A stretch of 64,000 bases of DNA, taken from a virus (lineage: Duplodnaviria > Caudoviricetes). The stretch is from positions 1-64,000 of the IMG/VR virus record IMGVR_UViG_3300028886_000002; one strand, given 5' to 3'. The notes beneath the pieces were generated by a model. It saw only the letters and a program-made list of their open reading frames with translations, ran no database searches and was not told where the DNA came from. Position 1 is the first letter of the stretch; every line of letters begins with the position of its first letter. Below, one piece after another: positions 38,601 through 50,421 of the stretch. The translations under genes were made by a program, and so were the position numbers.

Positions 38601-41600
38601 TTCTAATCCAAAGCAATTATATAGAGACTTATCCAGAATAAATAATACCAAAGTAATTACTAATGTACATTTTGATGATACGGCTAAAGTCTTAACTACT
38701 AATAATATTATTGATTATTATTTCCGTGTATTCGGCAATAAAGATTTATATAATTATGTTCTTAAGAGAAACCAGTTACGTTTTATTAAAGATGTTGCCC
38801 AGTATGTTAACTTTAGATGGTCTACTCAAAAAGGTATTGATCCTATATTGGAAAATGCTGTAAAGAGGCTAATAAGTAATGGTACTATTGGTGATGAAGA
38901 AATGTTTATACATAATTGGGTAGATTATAGAACTGGTGACCTTATATTAGCCAAAATAAATACAGACGAAGAATCTATACCTTTAACTAAAACTGACTTA
39001 AAGAAATTAAAACTTTCTGATTTAATTTATGGTGATAATTTTGGATTTGAGATAAACCCAATTCTTAGAGCATTCTTTGCCATTGACACAATGGTATCGC
39101 AGCAATTTATTAGTTCTACTGTTGGAGGTAACTTTGTACATAAAAACAACTTTGGAAAAAATACTGATGCTAATCCGTTGTGGGAAAATGTAGGACGATT
39201 TGAAATAGGTAGTCCTGAATTTAATATTGCTTTAAATGAATACTTAGATACAGTGGAAGTAGAAGATGCAGGTAGATTACTTACTCAGTATAAACGTATG
39301 GTTATTTACCCTGCCACTATGCACCCATTGTATTAGATGGCATTGGAAGGGTCTCCTACATATTATAATATGGCAAGTATAGACGATGTTTAGGCCAATA
39401 CTTGGGATTATATTAGTGGAGACCATAGTAACGGTAAACAAAAAACTATAGATGCTCACGATGGTTCTGGTATGGTTGATCCTGGATTTGCTATTCTTGA
39501 AAATGGATCATTACAAGGTGCCCATGTAGGTATTGATAAAAAACCTATTGGACATAGTATGGATGATTCATATATGGTTGAGACAGAATTAAAGTATGCG
39601 TTGTTTGCAATTACTAATTGGAAAGTTAGAAATTCTAGTAATAGAGTCGGAGAACGCTATGGTATTAATTATGACCTTTTCCGTAGAAAAATGGGTAGTT
39701 CAGAATATGGGCAAGGATGGCCTAGTGATTTAGATATAGATATTACCACTAAATTTAATGGTGAAAAAATTAATCTAGATGACTTAGTTTCTACATATTT
39801 CTATGATCCAAAACTCAAGAGTTACTTCCAAATTGTAGGAATACAAAAGTTACCAAATGTTAAGAATGGTTACATATTTACATACTAGCATGTAGATGAA
39901 AATGCAAAGCCCATAGGAAAACCAATAGAAGCAGAGCAGCCTCTTATAATTGACAGTAATTACTCTTTATGGAAAGCTTTAGGAGGAGAATGGTCTTGTT
40001 CTCTCCAAGATGGTAGGTTAGTAGAAGATGAATCCTCTAACTATAATTGGGCTTATTTTGCAAACAATATAGGATTTATAAGAACAAAACAAAATCCTAT
40101 AGCTATGCATGAAATAGATTATACTGAAAATGATTTACTTGATGAAAATGATATTACTACTGATGAAAATGGTAAAAAATCTTTTCCAGTAGTTTTAACT
40201 CAAAAAGATATATATCAACCTCTTAAATATTCAGGAATACAATATGCAGTAAACGTATCAGGTATTAAGAATGGTCAAGTAAATACAAACCCAGTACGAT
40301 CTTATTATGATTAGACCCCTTTAAGAAGCTTTCGTATATTTACTAAGCATCTTGGGGTGCAAATGAATGCTGACCACCATGCAGATGATGCAGAACTTAC
40401 TGAGATGTCTCAGGTTATTTCTGCATTGGAAGCTAACGGTTGGGCACACGATCTAGTAAAATAGATTTATGAAGACCTGGGAAGTATAGTATTATAGACT
40501 CTTGAACAAGAAATTAAAGCTTTAAAAGTTTTCTTAAAAACAGGTGATAATACAGAAATATATAGAATTGTAGGTAAGGCCTTTATAAAATCTTTTGGTA
40601 AAGACGGAGGACAAGACACTCTTACTGCTAGTATGATGAATAATATCATCAAGGAATTAAATGGAGAAGACAATATAGAAAATATTGAATAGAAATTACC
40701 TTTTAGTGATACTTCTGTATTATCTTCAGTAGTTGGTAGTATTACTTCTAATATCAATAAAACAGCCATTAAAAGAAAGTACTCAGGTTTAGCCGCTGTT
40801 CTTGTACCTGCCTATGATATTATAAAAGTTTATAAGCAGAAACAAGAAGATGGATCAACTAAAGACGCTCTTAATGAGGATATTATTAAAAATGATACTG
40901 ACTTGTCTGCTCAAACAGAAGCAAGTGATATAATGTCAGCTAAAAACATAGAGTTAGGCCTATCTTATATAGTATATGAAAATGTGGCATTAGACCCTTA
41001 GCCATTAAAAAGAGCTATAATTGATGGCAAAGAATATTATGTAGGGCATAATTATGACGGAATGTTAGTTTTGTTTGATAAATATGGTAATCAACAAGAT
41101 ATTCCTATGCCTGATTTAATACAAGGGCAATATGTTACTGGATAGTTACCTGATTTAGTTGTTACATTGGATACAATTAGTGACTACAAGAAGTTTAAGC
41201 GTTCAGCATTATAGTTTAAAGAAGACTATGCAGTAGGTAGAAACCTCTAGCCATCTAAAACTAGCTTCTAGGTTAGAGAAGAAGAGGGTACTACTTATAG
41301 TATATTTGACACTGATGAAATTGAACAAAAAATAAAATTCAGAGAATTCTATGATGTATTTAAAAAGACTCCTGTAATAAATTACAAGAATTTCTTTAAT
41401 AATAATGATGCTTTATTTGATATAATCAACAGAAATCTAAATCCTAGAATAGTATCTATATACACTAAAATTAGAAATCTAACATCTAAAGATGTATTGA
41501 CTACTAATGATGATGTAATGATTTAGAAGTATATGGATATGTTGGAAGTCGAGTTTGCTAACCAAGTAGTAATGGCTTTCCAAAATTTGCATCAATAGCA

Positions 41601-44600
41601 CATAGTACATATGGGAGGAGAAACATTTAATGTTGTTCCTGAAACAATTAAAGTTGAACCTGCTGAATTGGTTGTATCTAAAATATATGCAACTAAGTTT
41701 GGAATAAAGAAAGGTGATAACTTAAACAATATTGATCTTTAGTATTTTATAAACTAGCAAAGAGAAAATTTTGTACCCAAAACTGAATTATATGATATAA
41801 TGCTCCGTAGGGATAATGGAAGACATACTTATGTTTTACTTAGTAAGCATAAAGACTAGTTATTAAATAAGCAATTTGTAAAGGTAAATCCCCCTACTCG
41901 TGTGGACTCTGTTACTGGTGATGTGATAAGATTAAATGAGTTAGAAGAGGACATGATGCCTTTCAATAACTGCGAGCTATATGTTAAGGATGGAATAGAA
42001 GTAATCGTAACAGACGATCCTGCTGATTTAGTAGATGATGCTTTTGAATACTCTTCATATGATATAAATCCATCTAGTAAATTTGGATTAGAAGACTTAA
42101 AAGTATTTGATACTATTCCTCTTAAGAGGATTTCATTAGAGCAAAGAGAAAATTATATTAATAACTTAGCTTAGAAAAAATGGTCTTCTTTCTAGCAATC
42201 ATTAGAATTTATAGCTGCTCGTATTCCTGCTCAAGCTTTACAATCCTTCATGCCTATGAAAGTAGTAGGATTTACTGATTCTGAGGAAAACAAAGCTTAT
42301 GTTTCTCATTTCTAGACTTATCTTTAGGGTTCTGACTATGATATTGATAAAGTATATCTAATGGGTAATGAGTTTACAGAGTCTGGAATTTATATTGGCT
42401 GGAGTCCTTACTTCAACTTAAATAGTTTACAGAAGTTAAAAATTTCCTAGGAAATTCCTATGCCTAATGGTATAGAATATTCATTGGTTTCTGCTTAGGG
42501 TACAGGTGAAAATACTGATATAACTGAAGACATAATTAATCTTAAGTTAACGGAACTTTCTTATGGGTAGGACAGTATTTAGTATTTAACTGCAATCAAA
42601 AACCTTCTTATTAAAGCTTAGCAGACTAAAAATTCAGAATTGGCTGTAAATTATACTTCTTTGGCAGATACTTTTATACAAAATGGAATTGCCCACGATC
42701 CTACAGCATCTTTATAGTTTGTATAGGATGAAGCTGACAGAATACTTGATATGATTAATAAACATACTTCTTATTTTAAATCAATTAAGAATAAGGATAT
42801 GCGTTTAAAGATGACCAAGAATTCTGTTACATCCAAGATGTATAAAACTGCTAATCTTCCAGAAAATACTTATGCTGCTTACAGCCCTATCGAGATGGGT
42901 GAAACTAGAGAAGCTGCAACTAAGTCTTAGATGGGTGAAGCCGAAAAAGACTATACTACTTTTAATCCAGTATCTAAGTTTATGATGCATTATCAAAATA
43001 TGATGGGTAAAGATGGTATTGGTATATCAGCAGTAGGAGAGAAAGTATTATTCTGTCTATAGTTCTATTTTAACGAAGCTGCAAGATTAAACTCAAATTT
43101 TGATAATCTTGATTCTGATGAATTTAAATTCTAGAGAAATGCATTTTTCCATAAGACATTGGATATAGTAGCAGCTGGTACAGATAGAATGCCTATAATT
43201 CGTAATCTTATTGCAAACGTTAATTTAAAAAATAATAATCATATATGGGCTCAAATTATTAATTCTAACGTAGCAGAATTAGAGAGTCTAATGCAGACAA
43301 GTTAGGATTCAGAAAGAATTAAATTCTTACAAGACATGATACTACTCCAATTAAACTATATGAAAGATAGTTCTCTTGTGAATAGTTCACTTCTTTCTGC
43401 AGCAACTGATAATGCTAAAGAGCTTATTCTTGCAAAAATCAATGCTAATCCTGATATGATGAAAGTCTATACATACGGTATAATATTAGGAATTGATTTT
43501 ACAGATATAGCAAATTTAATGATCTCTCCAACTGTAAATGCTGTTAATCAGTTGAGTGATATTAACATATTTGAGAAAGATAGCTTAACTTCTGCTATTA
43601 CAGCATCTTTAAATTCTCTTAAGAAAGGTATAAATCCTGGTGAGTATCTTAATACTACTGACATAGAGATAATTGAAGACTTACTTTTTAAAGTACCTAA
43701 TGGGGATGTTAGAAGACTAGATTTATAGGAACTTATACGTAAGTCAAAAACCTCTAGTGTAGAAGGGCATACCACGTTCAAGCAAGATTTAGATGGAGTA
43801 AATAAAGGTGAAGTAAGTTGGGAAAGATTTGCAGCTGATTGGACAGTTAAGATTAATAATATTATTGCATTAATAGATGGGTTAGCGGGTTCCACTCCTT
43901 CTCCAAGCATTCAATAGCTTTACAGGTATTTATTCAAGATGCAAGAATGGCTGGATATTGTAAAGGATATTGATCAAGAAACTTTGAATACATTTAAAGA
44001 TATGCTAGATTCAGCAGAAGAATTTGTTACCTTTGGTGCTATCTTAGGCATTAATCAAGGTATTAGAACTGATGTTGATGGTAAATTAGCATATTTAAAT
44101 AGAATAGAAAATGTGTTTAAAAATAGATTCGATAAAGGAGCTTCTGTAGATGTAAATGATATTTTAGCTTCTAAACCTTACTATGTAAGATTCTATGGTG
44201 GGGAACAAGAAGCTAGAAATTACATAGAAGCTACTGTTAAGAAGGCAGACTCTTTAGGAATATTCAACGACTTTAATGTACTACAATTCCTATTAGATGA
44301 ATAGTACAGAGAGGTTGCTATTGATGCTTACGACTTAGTAAAGGGTACTATTAATATACTAGATATAATATCAAGAGTACCCCATTTCCAGGCAATGATA
44401 GACTCTAGCGGTGTTGATTTTTATTTGTTCAGCAGTATTAGTTCTGTATTTAATTTGATGTATAATATTTCACATGAATTATTATAGAGAGGAGAATTAA
44501 GCTCATTATCTACTAGACAAAGAACTGACTTTACTAGAGACCTTCAGAACTTTATACAATCTCAAATTGCCTTAAAGTATTTTAAGGATAGAAATGTTAA

Positions 44601-45585
44601 AGTTCCAATCGGCGAAGGAAATCAGGTAATTAATAAAGACGGTGAACTAATAACTATTGAACAAGAAGAGGCTTTAGATTTAGGAACAGTAGAAGGGCAA
44701 GCAGCATTTAAACTTTGGATGGAACAAACTGTAGTTCCAAATTTAAAAATGGGAGTTGTTGAAGATGGTAATGATGAATATATCCAACGCTCATTGTTAA
44801 CTAATAAATTTATACAAGCCCTTACTTTGAATTCTACTACTAGAACAACTACTGGAGATGAAAAAGGTGTTATATCTCTACCTATTAATATGTCAGTATC
44901 AACAAGTGAGTATAATGAAAATATGTTCGTATCATACCTTACTGATTTTAATAAATTAAAAGGTGTAACATATAATGGTATTCCAGTACAAACTTTATTC
45001 TTCTGGTATAACTTGATTGTAAATAGAAATGTCCAAAGCCGAGATTCTTTAACCAAAATATTTAAATCTGCTATTAGAGATAATAGAGGGGATAATGACA
45101 TTAATGACTATTTTAAGTATGTTGGTGACATGGATAAAAGATAGTTGTTTTCTTCTGAAGACTTTAATATGCAAGACTTATTATTATCTTGTGCTCCAAA
45201 AGTTACTAGAGCGTGGTTAGTAAATGAGAAGTATGAATCTAACTAGTATCCTACATTTGTAAAAAGCTGGGATTCTGACACTGGTACATATAAAATATAT
45301 AAATTAGATCCTACTACTTTTGCAAAACGCGGAGGTGATGAAATGGACGATCTAGCATTAGCACAAATGGAAGATGCAGGAGAATTAGATTATGAAACTA
45401 ATGAGTTTACTCCTGTTGGATATAGAGAATATACTGTAAATGCAAATATGAGTAAAGCAGTAATGGCTAATTTATATCCATTCTTACCCTATAATTCCAG
45501 AGAGTTTAAAACAAAAGACGTAATGGATAAATTAAGTAGATTATTTAAACAAGGTAAAATTTTTATTTATAACGATTGTGGCTAA
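35653..45585 (+). CDS. Virion-packaged two-barrel DNA-dependent RNA polymerase, catalytic subunit (~3310 aa)
   Basis: In-frame AARIPAQALQSFMPMKVVGF...YL[Q]GSDYDIDK (DxDxD at 42334-42348), plus DAHDG, GKDGIGISA and SAATDNAK motifs typical of crAss vRNAP. Confidence 0.9.
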
Positions 45586-48472
45586 TAATTGTATTCCAAA
45601 AATAATAATGGGTGACTAGGAATTTGTTGGTTCCTAGTTACCCGCCCATTCGTCTCTTACACAAATATTGTAGAGTGTATTGGCTAATGGTAATAATGCT
45701 TCAGAGTTAAATTAGAGATTGTCTGATATTTCTAGTCTTGATTAGGTGTAGATAACTTCATTTGATCAAGTTGCTTAGATAATACCAGGTAATGCTACAT
45801 TTATGGATATATCTAAAAAGATACATTCTGAGGGGCGTATATATTCTCCAGTAAATAAATCTATAGAAGAAGCTATAAGTATTATCACTAAATATGGTAA
45901 TTATCCAAAAATATTATGGCTTAATGGCGATATAAAATTAAATGGAGCTTCTATTCCTAATGTTATTATTACTCCAAATGGAGAGGATATTATAGTTCTT
46001 AAATCGAATGATCCTTTTGAGATAAATATAGCATTATAGGAATACATTTATAAAACACTATTATCTACAAGAGCAAGAAGTTTCTTGAGTCTTATAGAGA
46101 CTGCTATGGGTAAAAAAATTACTCAAAAAAATAAAGACTAGATTGATTTAGTATTTAGAAGAAATCCTGCTATAGCTGCTATAGGAACTAAAGAAGAGTA
46201 CAGACAATATTTATTATCTATATTTCCAGAATCTGTAGAAACTTCAATCTATTGGCACGGCTCTAATTCTGATTTCTCGGAAGGATTTTAGAGTGCACAA
46301 AAAACTGAAGGTAGTGGTGCTCCTGAAGTACAGGATAGAAATGATATGTACTTTAATAAGTAGGCGTATGCTTCTATTCAATATGTAAATGGACAAAATA
46401 GAACTGCTCCAGCAGATGTTAATGGTTTTGCTCATTGGAATAAATTATATTGGGAACTTAAAGAGATCCTTTCTAATGGTTTATCTGGAGATTCTTGGAG
46501 AAATCAAGTAATTGATACAAGCACTATTAGAAAAGAAATTCCTAATAAAAGAGGTGAATTTGATCCAAAAAGAAAAAAAGGAAAGACTCTAGACTAGAGA
46601 AAAAGAGCTTATGGGTATGGTGAAGGTGATGAAGAAACAGTTGCTTTCTTTAGAGAAGTTTTTGGTATTGAAATAAATGACCCAAATAAAAAAATAACCT
46701 TTAATGAATGGGTTGCTAAAAACAAGAAAATCTTTAAGGATATGGAAGGAGAAGCTCCTGGTCTTTATCCTGTTATTCTTAATATCAAGAAACCTATTAG
46801 AGAAGAGGGCCAAGATACCTATTATGAGGGGCATCGCAGACTATTTACTAAAGCAGCTAAAAAAGGCAATGATGCTATTATAGGTACTCGTACTAAGAAT
46901 GAATTTGGGTCTGATGTAGTAGTAATGCTCAATCTTGAAGACAATCCAGAAGAAAGAGTACATTTTTTAGGAACTACAGCAGATTTAGAAGCGTTTGCAG
47001 CTTGGAAACAACAAAATCAACTTTCAACTGATAATATAATTGAGAAAATACTTCGAGACCCATTTATAAATGAATTTCTCGATTCTGAAGGTTCTGCTAT
47101 TACTGAAGGTTTTGATACCCTTAGAGATGAATTACAAAGTGTAGTACATTAGGCTATCAATGATGCAATTAGTACAGAACATTATTTTAGATTAGAGAAA
47201 GTAATTAGTGGAGGACAAACTGGAGTAGATACTGCAGGTGTTACTATAGCAAGAGAATTAGGATTTTCCACTGGAGGAACCGTGCCTGTAAATGGTTTAA
47301 GAGAAAGAGTAAATGGACAATCTAGTAATATATCTAAAGAGGATATGGTTAAGTTCGGATTTGAAGAAGTACAAGACATTACTGCTTCTAACCCTTACAC
47401 TGACAGAACAAGAGCTAATGTTCAAAACTCTGATGGTACTGTTTATATATTGGCTAGTAAGTATCTCGCTAGTGGAGAAGAATCCGCTGGTTATAAAGCT
47501 ACTTCAAGAGCTGCTATGGAACTCGGGAAACCTTTTGCAGTTGTCTATAGTGCATAGGACTTAAGAGAATTTGTTATAAATAATAACATTAGAGTATTGA
47601 ACATTGCAGGTTCTAGAGGCAGTTCCTATTCTCCTGGAGATGAAGAAAGAATAAATAGTATTATTAAAGATGGTCTTACTGCACAGCCTTGGATAACAAA
47701 AAATAGAGTTGAATCTTCTTTAGTTACTTCAAGATATCCAAGTGCAAACTACAACACTGATAATATGAGTGTTTCTGATGTACAAGACGCTCTCAATAAT
47801 CGTACTGCTAATATGGTTTCTTATTATGGAAAAAATAAAGCCAATCCATCTATTCCAGGCAATACTTTTGAAGCAATTCTAACTCATTAGAGAACCGCGA
47901 CTACTAGGTATGATAATTTATACTTTTGGACAAAGAAAGTAAAAGTCGGAGACATTGTAGCTTTTAAGAAGAGTAAAGAGGCAAATTCTAGTGTAGTTTT
48001 TGTAAGAATAAAAAGTATTAATCCTATAAATGAGGATGCTAATCCTTCAGAATGGTCAAGCAAAGAAGGTTGGTCATAGGCTTATTTTAAGGATACAGTC
48101 ATACCAAAAATTAGAGAAGCAAAAAAAGAGGGCAGGTAGCCAGTGTAGATAGAATATGAATATGTAGGAGCTATTATTAATGATGACTTAAAGAATGTTT
48201 AGGGAACAAGTGAAACTACCTTTACAATATAGACTCCTATAGGACCTCTTGAATTTAGAAATTAGAAGGATTTAGCAAATAAATTAATAACTATTAGAAA
48301 GCAAATAGTTGGAACACAGAATTAGGAAGCCGAAGAAAAACTATAGAATGATATGAATATGTATGCTCAAGCTATAGTTACAGGCATTCTTCCTAGCGGA
48401 AGGGATATAAATAATGATCCCGTCGAGATGTAGAATTTTATAAATACTGTTATCAATGACGGAAACTGCTAA
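45578..48472 (+). CDS. Polyvalent virion protein (~964 aa): ADP-ribosyltransferase-like + SLOG/YpsA (MoCo-carrier-like) + ASCH-like domains
   Basis: GTG start overlaps the RNAP stop (alternative ATG at 45608). ORFs 45803, 46742, 47282 and 47597 are in frame. Motifs: YWHGS..MYF..A..Y..YPVILNIKKP..GNDAII; KVISGGQTGVD..RTRANVQNSDGT..LNIAGSR; TFEAILTH[Q]RTATTR..KVGDIVAF..EGW. TAA at 48470-48472. Confidence 0.75.
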
Positions 48473-48477
48473 TAAAT

Positions 48478-50190
48478 ATGGCTCAGTGTATTAATAAATT
48501 AGAAATAGAATATCAACAATTATTAGAAATGACAGGACTAATGCCAGCAGAATTAGATTTATATATAGGAGAATATTATCAAAAGAATGGAAAATGCCCT
48601 ACCGTAGATAGATTCCTCCGTACAACTAATACTACAGCGGCTTTTGTCAAGGAATATAATTTAAAGAAATGTGGCAAAGGATGGATAGCATAGGACGACA
48701 GACCTATTGATATTCCATTGATTAACTCTAAATACCGAGATATTGAAGTGTCCGCAATAACTTCTAATATTAGCCCTACTGTATATATGGCCAAAGTAAG
48801 AGCTATTTAGAATAGAGATTTGGACACACCTACAACTTATTTATTACCAACCACCATTGAACAAGTAAAAGAGCTAGAACCCGAGATGCAGCTCGAAGAT
48901 GGTTCCTACCTTTATAGGCAAGGTAACACAATTTATAGAACAAATTGTAAAGTTACTAGTCCTCTTTTACTTACTAATTATCCAAACTTTGCCACTTATT
49001 CTGAAGCTCTCACTACTCCAATAGAAAAAACAAGTTACGATAAAAGCGTAATTGATGTTATTAGATTAAATAGAGGTAAATTGTTTAACGATTAGTATAT
49101 TAAAGTAAAAACTTTGTTAAATTTGCCAGGGGAAATTAAGTTCTACAAAGATTTTAATTACCCAGTATTTGAATTTAATAATATTATTGGAGATCGTGAT
49201 TATTATATAAACTCTTTAGGAGTTCTATTAATAAATCCAGATTCTGTAAACACAGACTTAGATTTAGAAAGAATTATCTTACAAGCAGAGGGATTTAATG
49301 ACTCTTAGATTGAAACTATTTTATCTGGATTGTCTAACTATGAAACTTATGAAGCTATTAGACAATCTAACGACAGCTATTTATTACATAAAGTTAATAA
49401 TGGAACAGATATTAATAGTGTTGCTAATACTATTTCTCCAAAAACCCAAAATAATGGAGAAAATCATCTAGAAAAAATTCTTGATAGATTAGAGGAATTA
49501 TATGGAATAGGGTTTATAAGAACTAGTACAGCTGAATTACAATCTAATAATTTTACTGCTATTATCCCTGACGCTACTAGAGTAAATGCTTTTATATACT
49601 AGGGACAGATTTACATAAACATGGATAATGCTACATCTGATTCCCCTATTCACGAGTTATCTCATATATTATTAGGGGCTTTGAGGGATACTAACCCTGA
49701 TATATATTATACTTTGGTATAGTCAGTAGAGCAACTCCCAGATTATCAACAGAGACTTCAATAGTTTCCTAATCGAACTAGATAGGATGCTAATGAAGAA
49801 ATCTTTGTAGATTTATTTGCAAAGCATTATACAGAGGGCTTAAATCTTGAGGCTGATCAGAGTATTATAAATGATGCAGAATATGAAATTAAGCATAATA
49901 TAGATTCAGGTATATTCCCAAATAAAAGCACTACTACAATAAATTTAGCAGAGCTTATGAATAAATCCTTAAATGAAATAATGGATGTATTTGGGACTGC
50001 CATTAATAGAGATACTTTAATAAAATCTTATAATAGTGATACAGCATATTGTCGTACAATATCTAATTTAAAAGAGGAACTTTTAAAAAGAAAAGAATTG
50101 GAAGAATATTGCTCAGATGGTGGGCATCATTCTTAGAGAATAATTAATGCTTATCGCAGAGGTTAGGATTCTAATCCTGCTAAATTTTAA
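48478..50190 (+). CDS. Virion protein with zincin metallopeptidase domain (570 aa)
   Basis: ORFs 48478, 48820, 49114 and 49330 are in frame. NAFIY[Q]GQIYIN..DSPIHELSH (49651-49665) and downstream ANEE. TAA at 50188-50190. Confidence 0.75.
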
Positions 50191-50199
50191 AAAGGTCGA

Positions 50200-50415
50200 A
50201 TGATGGATAATGCTAAAGATTTAGATACATTTATAGAAAATGTTAAGAAGTCTTTTCGTGAAACAGAAAGAGGAACTTTTGATGTCAACGGTGTCTTCTA
50301 TAAAAACCCTGACGTTACATATGCTTAGAATGTTAGAGGAGCAAAAGATATAAGAGATCTCTGGAATGAATATAGATCTTATGTAACAGATAAATATCCA
50401 AACGCAAATATATAA
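50200..50415 (+). CDS. Small ORF (71 aa, one TAG) in the same frame as the upstream peptidase; possibly its detached C-terminus
   Basis: The frame stays open past TAA 50188 (KGRMMDNAKDLDTFIENVKK...KYPNANI) to TAA at 50413-50415. Confidence 0.45.
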
Positions 50416-50421
50416 TAAATT

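Noticed and set aside
35653-45585. Introns/inteins in the RNAP (also considered for polA)
   Set aside because: Frames are continuous and no homing-endonuclease or intein splice motifs were noticed.
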